From: Octopus sinensis
Taxonomy: Eukaryota
Direction of reading: 5' to 3'
DNA length: 64,000 nucleotides
Assembly (NCBI RefSeq): GCF_006345805.1
Contig: NC_043014.1
Location: forward strand, 4,650,001-4,714,000
The translations under genes and the position numbers were made by a program. Positions 42,295 through 57,024 of the stretch are shown here, piece after piece; position 1 is the first letter of the stretch, and each line of letters opens with the position of its first letter. Below the pieces are notes generated by a model. It had not been told where the DNA came from and made no database searches. It saw only the letters and a list, made by a program, of their open reading frames with translations.

Positions 42295-43764
42295 ATGTGT
42301 TTGTGTGTGTGTGTGTTTGTATATGTATGTGTGTTTGTGTGTGTGTGTGTGTTTTTGTGTGTGTGTGTGTATAGCACCCTTCTTTCAGTCTCAATCTACC
42401 AAATTTACTGACATGGCTTTGGTGTGTGTGTGAAGCGCAGTGGCCCAGTGATTAGTGCAGCGGAGTCACGTTTGTAGGATCGCGGTTTCGATTCCCAGAC
42501 TGGGCGTTGTGAGTGTTTAATGCTCCACGAGGCTCAAGGAGTGGGTTGTGTTGATCTCTGCTGTACTCTTTCGCTACAACTTTCTCCCTTTCTTCTGTTG
42601 ACCTGCTCGCTTAGCCCGCGGGGTGGCGTCATTTGAAGGCTAAAACAACGCGAAGCGCATTGTGACCAGCGTTATGTAGCAACAAGTGGTCTGTGACGGT
42701 GATCACGGAGATATATGCATCATAAGCACGCAATACACGCACACACGCATCCACACGTACATACACACACACCAGCACAGATGTCCACATATACATTTAA
42801 CGATACTCATACAGATACGCACACACTCATACACACATGGGCACAGACACACACGCACATACACGTACTTAAGCGCACACACGCACGCACATTACTCCCA
42901 CAAAAGTCCAGAAAAACCCAAAACACACACGCATGTACAAATCCACATACACACCGATACATATACATACACACAATATATGCCTACACGCACACACATA
43001 CACATCCGTATACACATATAGACAGAGACACACACACACACGCACGCAAAAACATGCGCACACATACGCACGTACACACGCACATTAATGCACACACAGA
43101 AAACTCACAACCCCACGGATACACGTATATGCACCCATATACGCTTACACACACACATACAAACCTACACGTACATGCACTCACGCACATACGAGACACA
43201 CGCACATACATACACACACACACAAATGAACTCACACATACGTCCCATACACACGGTACACAATAATACATACACGCGCACAATTATACATACATGTACA
43301 CACACATACACACAGTTATTCGCCACACACCCAAACTCTACACACACACGCACACGTGTCATCATTGCACGCATATACACATACACACACAAACACATAC
43401 ACTCTGTAAAGCAGTGTTATTCGCCACCCTAACTCTACGCCTACACACACGAACACACACACATGCACACACACACACTACAAACAATGCACACACACGA
43501 TACATATACATACACGCACACACACACACACATACTTCAAACTAGCAGTACCTACTACTTGACCTGTGGTAGAGACAAAAGGAGCCACGCCCAATTCCTT
43601 CTTCCTTGACCTTAACACTACTAACCCTACAACACGCAAAGTTTAACAGCCACAAACACACACACATGCACACACACACACACACACGTGTCATTATTGC
43701 ACACCTACACACAGACATACACACGCAGACCACCGCTCACGCTCTTATCCACACTTACACACAC

Positions 43765-44048
43765 ATTTCTCCTCCTCTACCACTCTCCTGTCTTTGAAAG
43801 AACTTTTCTTCACCCATTTCCTTCCGGTTATTCAAAATGTGGCCGCGTGTGTATCGTTGGCGATTTTTTCCTCTGTCTTCCCTCCTCTGGATCTTTCCAT
43901 CTCGCATGTTTCCGACGAAGAGCTCCACCCGAAACGTTAAACCCTTCTTCTTTCTTTCTTTCCTGGGCGTCCAATAATACTATCTTTGATCCACGTCCTT
44001 GCGTTGTTGTGTTTTTTTGTGCTTTCTTATTTGGATTAAATTTAACTA
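43765..44048 (+). mobile_element. Paralogous Penelope-like repeat; HHR remnant at 43908-43942
   Basis: GTTT-CCGACGA-A-GAGCTCCACCC-GAA-ACGT-T-AAAC. Confidence 0.5.
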
Positions 44049-44132
44049 TATATATACATGTGTGTGTGTGTTTATATATATATATAAATATATATATATA
44101 TATTACATGTAGAAATATGTGTGTGTATATGT

Positions 44133-44173
<41 letters not shown>

Positions 44174-44181
44174 TGTGTGTA

Positions 44182-44800
44182 CTAGCAGACATACCCGGTA
44201 TTGCTGGGGATTAACATGGCAAATCTGGTATATAATATATTCCAGTCGTTTTGAATCAGTTGATATGGGAAAGTGCAACATTGACAACAAAACATTTGTA
44301 GAGTAAATGCTGGGATAATTCGACTAAGCAACATGCTATGCGTCCATTTGGAGTGATTCAGGCCCTAACCTGTCATGCTAAATTGGAGGTGGGGTTTGTG
44401 TGATTTTTGAAGGCACCGAAATGCTGTCAGTGGATATACTCTCCTTTGTAGCAGTGTGCGCTGTGTCTAACACGACCCATCATCGGAAATTTTGGCACCT
44501 CACGTCGGGTTTCTTGTCCTACATCACTCATAGTGCAAATTTGGAGGAACTGTGGTTGTTCATTCGCGGTTACCAGGGAACCAATGAGGGGATAGAGTTG
44601 CCCTTGATCTTTGACGTCGGCGTAAATTCATGTTTATCTATCTTCTTAGATTCACCATACGATGTCATTTGAAATGCAGAATTGTATTTTCTGACATTCT
44701 TCAGAAAATCATTTGACTGGATTGAAGCGCCTTCTACAAGATTCCTAAGGGGTTGAGATGGTAGTGTTGGCAATGATACCTGCCCGAATATGTTGTCATC
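44182..44800 (-). mobile_element. Helitron remnant (paralog)
   Basis: ORF 44570-44803 contains FLKNVRKYNSAFQMTSYG. Confidence 0.8.
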
Positions 44801-44880
44801 CATTGTATTGTTTTAAGTTCTAAACGATAATAAATACCCTGAAGTTCTATTTATATGATGCTATTTCTATTTTTTCACAG

Positions 44881-44932
44881 AACCGTTTCATCTCCAAGAA
44901 ATCTCTCGACGATAAACCTGATGACACACCAA
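44881..44932 (+). CDS. Gene D exon 2
   Basis: AG/GT-bounded 52-nt exon identical to the paralogs. Confidence 0.78.
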
Positions 44933-45059
44933 GTAAGAACTAATTTTATGGCTAAAGTCTTTTACCCGTGTCTCATTAACTAATGATTTATAATTTCACC
45001 AACTTTAAATTAGTTCCAAATTACTATCCATATGTCCACAATATTGTGTGTATATGAGT

Positions 45060-47000
45060 ATATATCCAGTGCTACCTCGATAATTGTACCAAGCCCTCTT
45101 CATCTGAGAATCAAATGCCCGTGCCCGCGCTTCACTGCGTTTATATCTACGATTCTGCATTCTGTCCACTCTTGTGCTTCCAATCATTCGTGAATAGAAA
45201 CCCGAAATAATGATGTTCCACTTTCCTACAAATTGCGTATTTGTCAATCCTGCCTTGGTGTACTCGGCAGCCAACCCATTCAGTGCATGTTGTTGGTGAC
45301 CATCAGACGAATCAGGTAGCAGGATGTCGTCTACAAATAACAGACGACCGATCAAGTGGAGATGAATCGGGATACCTCTACCACAATGGCCACGCTTATT
45401 CAACCAGTTCACAAAAAAGAATGTGAGAAGGGACACTAACAATGCACACTTCAACTAAGTGAAACCTTCAAGTTGAAACTTTCGACATTTGCTTAAATAC
45501 AAACATTTGAACATAAATATAAGTACTTTATGGCAACAAGTATTTGCCCAGTAAAATCACCTTCCTCGTAAACCCACCGCAACATGTCCCAGGGCACGTG
45601 ATCGTCTGCCTTTTCGTGGTTTACAGCGTATAAACCTTGGAAATATTTCAATGTTTGCTGCAAGATTTGTCTTTGAATGACTATCTGGTCGGGTGTACTG
45701 CGTCCCTGACAGTAATCTTGGCCATGAAAATTTCCCTACATATCTTTTCCTGACATTTAGTTTAGACTTTTCTATAATTAGAACACAATCTTTGGTCTCT
45801 GTTGGAAAAAATTGTGATTGTCACCCCATATTACCATTGCCTTGGTGTTTTTTCCAGGGGTCCCATCCACCTAGCGTACATGGCTCACTCAGAGAATACC
45901 ATCTGTATTTAAGGTTTCTAAAATATCAAGCCGAACGCGCTTTTCACCGGCAGCATTAACACTTTTAAGTGAGTTCAGCTCAAATAAGCGTTCAACCGAA
46001 GAAGAACCTGCCGAAAATAATAATACAACCACGAATCCATTTCGATGTCCAACTTAATTCAGGCGGGTCACTCACAATTTGGGTGCAAAAGTCTCCACAT
46101 TTTCGTTTCTTATCCCAGCATCCACGGCTTACCAATTTCCAGTGTTCGGCAGACTGTAGGAATTTTCAGGTTTTTAGACATTTAGGTAGTGACGAGTTGA
46201 CAACTCCAACCCTCCTTTTACCCGAACGTTCAGCAAAGAGTGAAAGATGACCGAAATCTATCATAAACCTCTGTCACCAAGTATTTCTATACCAGGCACC
46301 CTTATAAATATCCCTGTCTTAAAATAATATCTATACCATAGAGAGGAGAGTGTGTATCCTGCACTGAAGGCTGCTATGATCTCTCCATTAAGTTCACTGA
46401 CGACATTCCTTCCAATCAATCCTTCTCACGGTTATCAGTGCCAAGGTGTGCACTGAAGTCACCATGCACGACAAATGACTTTACCCCAAATATATCTAAA
46501 GCTGAGGTGAATTTGCTTAGGAAGGATTTGTATTTGACCCCGCTGTTTGCTGCATATACTTACAGCAGCCACAGTGGTCCTTCATATTCAGCCTTAGCTT
46601 CAAGAGGTGAACCCTCACACCTAGTAGGTTTCACTCCATAATACAGTCCGAAAGCTGGGGATTGAGAGTATCCTAATCCCACCTGTGCAGACATTGTTGG
46701 CACCAGAGTTGCGTAGTGGAGTTTCAAGCATTTATCCAGGTGTACGCTATCGGAGAAAGGAAATTTTGTAGAGGAGACACCGATTATATCTTACAGGCAG
46801 ATTATAACTAACAATGTTGACGTTTTAATTCTCAATTATTAAAGGTTGTTCCCTTCTTGATCTGCTTTCGTGTCCTGAGACCGTCAATTTTGTGCTCCCA
46901 CCCCACGCACCCCAGATCAATTTGCAGGTTTCTTGCTGGTTGCACCGGTATTGGGTGGGTTGTGCTATACATTTATCGATCGGACTCCTCTACTCGAGAT
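45060..47000 (-). mobile_element. Decayed RTE LINE (paralog)
   Basis: Collinear with the other copies; LLFVDD. Confidence 0.78.
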
Positions 47001-47493
47001 ACGGATGCGATGTCTTTTAACTAAATCGACAAATGATGCGGTATGGTTGTTAGTTTCATATTGTAGTTATGATGGCCTTATTTGCGCCGAGCTCCAAACT
47101 GATATATGTAATTGACCGATGAATATTCGCACATGGCGAATATTTTATCATTATTCTATTGAGAAGTATATATACTCATACCCAAGATTACGTATCATAC
47201 ATATATCCGTTCATAGCGGAGACCGATACACATTCTGATATTCTGAGATTAATCTCTCAAATCTTTGACATCAACGTCACCAACAGGCTCAACAGACAAA
47301 TGTCTTTTTTCTTTCTTTACAATTTATTCTTATTATTTACATCTTTCGTTCTGACTTTCATTCATTCACTCGTTCTTTCTTAAATTCTATATTTCTCTCT
47401 TCTCCATCAATTCCTTCCCATCCAAAAACCTACTTTGTAAATGATCCCCCAATTCTTTCTTTTAAACAACATTATTTCATTTTAATTTCACAG

Positions 47494-47568
47494 AACCCGG
47501 TCTCGGATCATTGTATACCCGGTGGGGCAGAACAACTTGTCCTCCTTATTCAAACCTTGTATATGACG
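47494..47568 (+). CDS. Gene D exon 3 (KPGLGSLYTRWGRTTCPPYSNLVYDG)
   Basis: cag|AA...GACG|gttagt. Confidence 0.9.
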
Positions 47569-49099
47569 GTTAGTATACTTTATATTTCTGACCTCTCATT
47601 CTCTTTTTGTCTTTCGCTTGTTCTCTTTTTATACCTCTCATTCTCTCTTTTTGTTGCCTCTCTTTCTCTCTCACCCTCTCTCTCACGCACATGCGCACAC
47701 ACTCACCCTTTGTCGGGTTGTCTGACATAAACATTCTCAAATCCTTTTATGATATGTCACGTTTCAAACGTCTATACCTGTAGACTATACAGACACTACA
47801 CAAGACTGCTTACTCCTTTGTAGGTATTTGGTCAAATCAGAATATTATATGTTGTCTACTACGGACAAAGTGAAAAGGATGTTGTCTAACTACAGAATAT
47901 ATAGATATGTCTACGTTAAATTACAGACAGGGCTGGACTGAAAACCACCATGGCGATCAAGAATTTCAGGCTGACCAGCTTTGGATTGTAGATATCAAAT
48001 ACCGAGGCTGCTAACTGGTGATCAATTGTACAGGCTACGGATGGTGGTATTGTACGTGAGTGACCAGAGCTGAATAGTGGCCACGTGACTATCATTAACT
48101 AGAGTGCCCAATGATCGTCGGTGTGGGTTAAATTGAATTGAGTCTATTAGAATTGATGACAGTGACTGTAAAATATTAATGGAATGAACGCACAATGTAG
48201 AATGAGGACTGGACAAGCCACATATTGTAACTGATGGAAAAAGCGAAGGACTTAATTCATTAAGTAAAATATAGAGAGACTAAATATTAGTGAGAGAACA
48301 CAACAGAGTACAGAATGCACTTCCATTCTTCTCCGCCTCACCGAAATCGTCCTATCGCTAAAACCTTGCTCTTTTCATGCACCACATCACCTCATTAATT
48401 ATCCAGTATATCTTTGTAAGGTAATTCCGAAACTTCCAATTCAAAACTGCTGCTACAAACCTCTTCCCCAATCAACCTCACATTCCCTAAAAGTGCTCCG
48501 AATCTTCTCTCTATAAACCCTACACGTATCCTTTATCGGTCGCCCACTCCGCCGTCCATTCATCTTTAGAACTACGCCATCACTGAACCTCACAATTTTT
48601 CCTCCCACCTCGTTTCTGTGTATTACATGAAAAAAAGTCTGTGTGATCATAACGTCTTTGTAAGCCTGATTCGTCCGAGTCTAAACGAGAGGTTTAGCCA
48701 GACTCTCGTTTGATCAACTAAACAACATTTCATCGACGGTTACCCACCACATCTCTGCATCTCGTCGTCTCCCGTATTGTCCTACTCAAACCACCAACAA
48801 TTTCCACCACCCAAAATATCCGCGTTCACACGTGAACATCTTTTCCATTTCAAATAAACACGAGTGCATGCGTTATAAAATATCGTTCTTTTCCTCCATC
48901 TATTCACATCAACCGAAAAACACCTACCCCATGCAAACATACATAATAATCCAAGTCGTAACCACAAATACTTACCCGCATACACAAAACATATATATAT
49001 ATAAATGGAGTTGCATGAAACAATCGTGCCGCATTATCTCTGGATATCCTCGTTGCTTACTACGATATATATACATACATATACATACATATATATATA

Positions 49100-49140
<41 letters not shown>

Positions 49141-49141
<1 letters not shown>

Positions 49142-49543
49142 TTGAGTACAGAAATTCGGGGTGAGTACTTGATAAATGTAAGCACCTGTATATACAGTTA
49201 GGTGGTGTAGGTGGTGGAATAAATTCATCAAAATAAAAACATGATGCCAAGGATTCAGCGGTACATATGTTTCGGGCCTTTATTAGACATTCTACATTGA
49301 GAGAAGAACGAGATGGACGCTTCACTTCTATGCTGTTGCCGCATTAAGTCGTACGCGAATGAGAGGATTTGCATCATCAACCAAGAATTATTGATGTAAC
49401 ACATGTCCTTGTGGAAGAAGTTGTTGTGCGCGGCTGAAGAAGGCCACAGACATACATTATGCATTGTTATAAATCTGTCTAATAAAGGCCCGAAACATAT
49501 GTACCGCTGAATCCTTGGCATCATGTTTTTATTTTGATCAAAT
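49141..49543. mobile_element. Penelope-pLTR-like HHR element with a 63-bp inverted duplication; private to gene D intron 3
   Basis: 49227-49289 is the exact reverse complement of 49476-49538. Flanked by (TA)n and absent from the other units. Confidence 0.7.
49430..49507 (+). ncRNA. Type I hammerhead-like motif; predicted cleavage after GTA at 49503
   Basis: Helix I GCGG/CCGC, core CTGAAGA, helix II GGCC/GGCC closed by an A.C mismatch, GAAA, palindromic helix III ACATATGT, then A17. Confidence 0.78.
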
Positions 49544-49763
49544 TATATATATATATATATATATGAGAAGGTATATGTACAGTTACGATTCAGCAACACA
49601 CAGTTTACACTCATATAAACACTAACATATATACACCACAATTCGTTCACACGTGACTAAGCATGACTTCTTTTAAGTGAAAAATTGTAATGAATGTTTC
49701 CGTTATTTCATATATAATTTTGCTTAATATCTTTTTTAATTGATTTATTCTTACTAATTCAAG

Positions 49764-50263
49764 GTGTGGCTGGTGGACAATGGTACGACCACACAGGTGG
49801 CGGAAGTAATCTCTTGTGTCTACCTAACGACCCCATTTGGGCCAATTATACGACAGAAGTTGAAAAAGGTGGTTACATTCATGGCAGTGAATATCAACTA
49901 CAGTATTACCCGACTAATAAACTCTTTTCTTTTGCTAACGCTGAATCAATTCATGAGCACAACGTTCCGTGCGCTGTCTGTTTGACACGACAACCTGCTG
50001 TCGTTATGATGTTACCAGCCAGGACAAAGTGTTACCCTGGTTGGACAGCTGAGTATTCAGGATATTTGATGGCTAGTCATCACGCAGAAAAGGGCAGGCA
50101 AGAATATGTGTGTGTAGATTATGCACCAGAAGCTGATCCAGCAGGTTACAGGAACGAAAATGGAGCTGTTTTATATTTCGTTCAGGCTGCTTGTGGTTCA
50201 TTGCCATGTCCACCGTATGTCGATGGTCGAGAATTAACCTGTGTTGTGTGCAGTAAATATTGA
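49764..50263 (+). CDS. Gene D exon 4
   Basis: ttcaag|GT, 500 nt to TGA, C4-like motifs intact. Confidence 0.9.
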
Positions 50264-51951
50264 ATAGAAATTTACATTCGTTTCTATATGAAAATTTGTT
50301 GGCGATTCCTAAAATATAATATTTTAAAGCAACATATACGTTTCTTGTAATTGTGTTTCGCAGTATTTTATCCAACTAATATATGTCGTTAAATAAATTT
50401 TGATAGAAGTTTTCAGAAAATATTCAAAACGAAACAACAGAGACGTCATAGAATGTGACAAATAGCTTAACAGAACGATGTAATCCCCAGGGAATGATTC
50501 TAGAATACATTGTATGTGGTTCAGTTTATCAAATTTAAAATTTAAAATAAAATGATGATTCGTTTAAATGTGTGTTGTATTCCGTCTTAAAATGAAAACA
50601 ATCCCCAAATGAAACACCTCCGTACAAATATATCTCCCTTTCATGATCAATCTTCAAAAAACACGATAAAAGCTTATAACTAACATCACTAAATCATGAT
50701 GGTTTAATAAAAAAAATACTCCCATACGTATCATTGTAACTACAATCAATGCGAAGAAATCTCTGCAATCCAATGGCGGATATTTCCTAATAAAGGATAT
50801 TTGATATCCACTGAAGAAATACCAAAAAATGTTGACTACCTAACTACTTGTCAGGTTACGAACACATTGAAGTTTTCACAAAACTCTTTCGACAAGGGTA
50901 CAAGTACACGTCCCACGATGAAATATTTTCAACCTACATTCACATATTCCCGCTTTTCTATAAAAATCACACACACACAGCCTCGCGTCACATTACACAC
51001 GCAGCCTCTTATCGCTCCCTGAACACTGATGTGCCAAAATAAAATATGAAACCACCAAGAAATATGAGTACACTTCAAGAACAGCATCAACCGAATCTAC
51101 AGTAACACCACAAAACATCGAATTCAACAAATTATCGCGAACTGTAACATAAAACTATCAAACTCGCAGAAGAGGAACTTGCTTCGAGATACATGCATAC
51201 AATAACTGTAACACACATAAACGACTTAGTAAGGAAAGGAACAGCACTTATAAAATATACATTAGGTGGAATCAGTGCAACATGTTGAGTGTTTCACACT
51301 CTACCCAGCATGATTGCTCCTTGTATGTGGGAGTTTGTAGAATGGCTGCCAGATAAACGAAGGTATCCGTGGAAAGAGGGATCTGTGGGTGGCAGCACGT
51401 TTTTTTGTCCGATTAATTGCGTGCCATAAGAATGCTCGATTGTGAAAAAGCTAGAGAAAAAGAATAATAATTAAGTAATATGAAAGCACGAAATGCAAAT
51501 TGACAAATGAATATATGGAAACATTCAACATGGCGTTTCCAGTGAACAGTATTAGCGCTCAGTATTAGGCGTAAGCAATTTTTGGGTTCGTTAAAATGTG
51601 CTAATGGCATATTTCAAACTCTAAAGGCAAATTCAGTGCAAAAAGCGGCAAAAACAGCATATCAGTCCAGTGCTGCTCCCTATCGGATTCCAGTTCAGTC
51701 GTTATCAAAAGAAAATACCGAAGAGGGGAATATCTGGACAAACTTAAAGCCATAGCTTTAACTTAAACATAGTCAACAACAACGAGTAAGTGACGCCATT
51801 AGAGCGCCAGGCTGGAGTCTGTCGTGAGTTACCTCCCTTCGGTATTTCTCTTTCATAAATACTTCGCTAGAGGAGTTGACCTCAACCTTGTGCCCCAACA
51901 GTAACTGCGGTCGCTCGGACGGGCCCGCATTTTCCCGCATATTTGTGTGTA

Positions 51952-51986
<35 letters not shown>

Positions 51987-53132
51987 ATGTGTCCGTGTGT
52001 GTGTATGTGTGTGTGTGTGTGTCTCAGCGTGTGTGTGTGTCAGTGTGTGTGAGTCATGGTGTGTGGGTCAGTGTGTGTCTGTGTGTGTCAGTGTGTGTGT
52101 GTGTGTGTGTATCAGTGTATATGTGTGTGTGTGCGTCAGTGTATGTGTGTGTGTGTGAATATGTGTGTGTGAATGTGTGTGTGTGTGTTAATGTGTGTAT
52201 GTGTGTATGAGTATGTCAGTGTGTGTGTGTGAGTGTGTGTGTGTGTGTCTCAGTGTGCGTGTGTGTATGTCAGTGTGTGTATGTGTGTCAGTGTGTGTGT
52301 GCGTGTGTGTGTGTCAGTGTGTGTGTGTATGTGTCAGTGTGTGTGTGTGTATGTCAGTGTGTGTGTGTGTGTCTGTGTGTGTCAGTGTATGTGTGTGTGT
52401 GTGTGTCAGTGCGTGTGTGTGAGAGTGTGTGTGTGTGTGTGTGTGTGTCAGTGTGTATGTGTGTTTGTATTTGTGTGTGTGTCGGTGTGTGTGTGTCAGT
52501 GTGTGTGTGTGTATGTATGTCAGTGTGTGCGTGTGTATGTCTGTCTGTGTGTGTGTGTGTGTGTGTGTCAGTGTGTGAGTGTGTGTGTGTGTCAGTGTGT
52601 GTGTGTGTGTTTGTGTGTGTGTACGTTTTGTGTGCGTGTGCGTGTGGGAGTGTGTGTGTGTGTCAGTGTGTGTGTGTGTGTGTGTTTGTGTGTCTGTGTT
52701 TTGTGTGTCTGTGTATTCGTCTGTTGAACGAAATACTTCCCACACTGAATATTAAAACAGTTTCCCAAGAATTACAAATAAAATTAAATAACAACATTAG
52801 TAAATAAATATATCATAATATATCCAGAAACAGGAATCATTTCACTTTACACGTGTCTCTCATTCATCAAAATATTTTGCTAATTATTGTGTGACTATAT
52901 CAAACCATCTCTTTCCAATAATTAAACCTGTCAGACGCGTTCACACCCGCTTTTACAGTTCCACCAATCGCATTGGTTCATAAATTTACGATAAGATCTC
53001 TGCCAGAGCTGGGTTGTTGTGCGCTCAATAAATACGTGGAATTCAGTTACAGGTCTTCAGCTTCAACCTCGCATCTCGATCTTTTGTTGAAGCCACACGA
53101 AGTATCACTTACGGCCGACAACTGTCACCAGA

Positions 53133-53276
53133 ATGGATTTCGCACAACTCTCCAGGAATATTTCGCAGCGTTATTCCATTTCTTCTCTCATAGCTTTTGG
53201 GGTTCTTCTCGTTCTGACGATCGTGATTCTTCATCAAGATTCAAGAATAGGAAAAATGGAAGAGAAGTCGAAAACG
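53133..53276 (+). CDS. Gene E exon 1 (signal-anchor)
   Basis: ATG to ACG|gtaagt. Confidence 0.8.
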
Positions 53277-53756
53277 GTAAGTCATGGATTTTGTGTTAAT
53301 ATATTTATGTCTTTATGTATTTATATATGCATGTATGTATGTATGCATTTACGTATGTATGTATTAATATGTGGATGCATGTATGTATGTATGTATGCAT
53401 CAACGTATGTATGTATGAATATATGGATGTATGTACGTACGGATGGATAGATGGATGTAAGGATGTATGCCTGAATCACGTACATATGTTCCTATAGAGC
53501 GCGCACACACACACATAAGATCACACACGAAAACACAGGCGCACACACCTAAACATACATATATATACATGTACATATATTTGTATATATAATATACATA
53601 TATATGTATATATAAATATACATATATATGAATATAATAGTGCGTGAACATATATAGATATATATATACAAACAAATATATGCGTGTGCGTATCTATCAC
53701 TGTATCTCTCTGTCCATCTCTCTCTCTCTCTCTATTTATCTATACATACGTATATA

Positions 53757-53798
<42 letters not shown>

Positions 53799-54066
53799 TA
53801 TATAAATATATTCTTTTACCCGTTTCAGTAATTTGACTGCGGCCATGCTAGAGCACTGCGTTTAGTAGGACGAATCGACTTTGGCAATTATTCTTTGTAA
53901 GCCTAGTGCTCATTCTATCGATATCTCTAGCCGAACCGCTATGTAACGGGGACGTAAACACACCGATATCAGTTGAGAAGCGATAGTGGTGCGACAATCA
54001 CAGACACATACATAATACGTATATACATACATACATACACATCCGTGTGTTTGTGTGTGTGTGTGT

Positions 54067-54102
<36 letters not shown>

Positions 54103-54379
54103 AGCACCCTTATTTCAGTCTCAATCTACCAAATCTACTGACATGGCTCTGGTCAACTCGAGGTTATAGTGGTAGGCATTCGTCAAATTTTCTACGCAGT
54201 GGGAATGAACAGAATACCTTGTGGTTAAGAAGCAAGTGTTTTCCCACACAGACACTGTAATATATATATATACATATATACAGATAATGTGTGAAATATA
54301 ATTAATTTAATAAAATCAATAAATTTCACCTAGTAGTATTTCGGTATGGAAAAGGACCATATACGGTAAAAATTTAAAC

Positions 54380-54558
54380 AATTATAATGAGGGTTTTTTG
54401 CAACAATTTGCTTAAACAACATACCGAAAATATTAGAAATAGCAGTCAAAGGGCTACCATTTCTACCATTGCTGTAATAGAAATGGTAGGCCTTTGACTT
54501 CTTTTTCTAACATTTTCGGTATGTGGTTTAAGCAACTTATTGCCAAAAACCCTTATTA

Positions 54559-54563
<5 letters not shown>
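54380..54563. repeat. Fold-back: 86-bp arms with a 12-nt spacer
   Basis: 54380-54465 versus the reverse complement of 54478-54563: 9 mismatches. Confidence 0.9.
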
Positions 54564-54628
<65 letters not shown>

Positions 54629-54697
54629 CATACATATATCACCGCTCGGTCTGGGAATCGAAAGCGCGATCCTACGAACATTGGGCCATTGTACCTC

Positions 54698-54729
<32 letters not shown>

Positions 54730-54880
54730 CATAAATATATATATATACATGTCATATATACATACACACATATATACTTACGAATGTATATACATACCTA
54801 TCTATCTATCAATCTATCTATCTAACTATCTATTTATCTATCTATTTATCTACCTATCTATCTATCTATCTAACTATCTA

Positions 54881-54915
<35 letters not shown>

Positions 54916-57024
54916 TTGTTTATGTATATGTATATATATGTATATATGTATGTATATACATATACACACATCCCAAGGAAACACAGAGAAGAGTGGAATT
55001 GTACTCCTGTCCGATCGCTCTTTCACCAGACATAATCCTGGAGAGGGAAATAAGTGCGTAATGAAAAAAATCTAATGGTGGGGTTCTAGCATGGCCATGC
55101 CCTGTCGCTGCAACGTTTAGCCCTATTAATATTAGTGTTAAGTATTATATCTAGTTGTACACTTTCGCACACGCACAGAAACAGACACATGCAAACACAC
55201 ACACACGCACACATAGGAATACGTACATATTTACACACATTTATCTATTTCTCTCCATCAGGAACGAAAGTGAGGCGAGTTTTTTTGAATCTTTTCTTTC
55301 CAACTGAAAATAAAACGTGCGAGTGCCAATGTAGATCGGTGAATTTCGTAATGTTTGACTGTAATTCACGTTGGTTTTTATATATGACAATATGTAAGAA
55401 CGAATGTAAATACATACACACAGACACCCGGACAAACACACGCACAAATAAACACAAACACACACACATACGCACGCACACAGACACACGTGCTCAATTG
55501 TACACGAAAAATCACACTACACAGTGTATGTCCACTCACATATATGTGTGCGTTTGTCTGTGTATGCGTATAAGTAGATACGTATATTTGTGATATTTAT
55601 GGTGTGTATGCTTAAGTATACGTGCATGCGTATATATCGATATGTATTTATATATGTGTGATGTGTGTGTGTGTGTGTCTGGGTGGAGGCGCAGTGGCCC
55701 AGTGGTTAGGGCAGCGGACTCATGGTTGTCGGATCGCGGTTTCGATTCCCAGACTGGGCGTTGTGAGTGTTTAATGCTCCACGAGGCTCAGGGAATGGGT
55801 TGTGTTGATCTCTGCTGTACTCTTTTTCTACAACTTTTTCCCTTTCTTCTGTTGGCCTGCTCGCTTAACCAGCGGGGTGGCGTCATTTGAAGGCTAAAAC
55901 AACGCGAAGCGCATTGTGACCAGCGATATGTATCAACAACTGGTCTGTGACGGTGATCACGGAGATATATGCATCATACGCACACAATACACACACACAT
56001 ACATACACACGTAAATACACACACACCAGCACAGATGTCCACATATACCTTTAACGAACAATACTCATACAGATACGCACACACTTATACACACATGGGC
56101 AGAGACACACACGCACATACACGTACTTAAGCGCACACACGCACGCACATTACTCCCACACAACTCCAGAAAAACCCAAAACACACACGCACGTACAAAT
56201 TCACATACACACCAATACATATACATACACACAATATATGCCTACACGCACACACATACACATCCGTATACACATATAGACAGAGACACACACACACACA
56301 CGCACGTAAAAACATGCGCACACATACGCACGTACACACGCACATTAATGCACACACCGAAAACTCACAACCCCACGGATACACGCATATACACCCATAT
56401 ACGCTTACACACACACATACAAACGTACACGTACATGCACACACGCACATACGAGACGCACGCACATACATACACACACAAATGAACCCACACATACGTC
56501 CCATACACACGGTACACAATAATACATACACGCGCACAATTATACATACATGTATACACACAGACGCAAAGTTATTCGCCACACACCCAAACTCTACACA
56601 CACACGCACACGTGTCATCATTGCACACATATACACATACAAACACACGCACACATACACTCTGTAAAGCACTGTTATTCGCCAAACACCCTAACTCTAC
56701 GCCTACACACACGAACACACACACATGCACACACACACACTACAAACAATACACACACACGATACATATACATACACGCACACACACACATACATCAAAC
56801 TAGCAGTACCTACTACTTGACCTGTGCTAGAGACAAAAGGAATCACGCCCAATTCCTTCTTCGTTGACCTTAACGCTACTAACCCTACAACACGCAAAGT
56901 TTAACAGCCACAACCACACACACACACACATACACACACACGTGTTATTATTGCACACATACACACTGACACACACGCGCACACGCAGACCTCCGCACAC
57001 GCTCTTATCCACACTTACACACAC

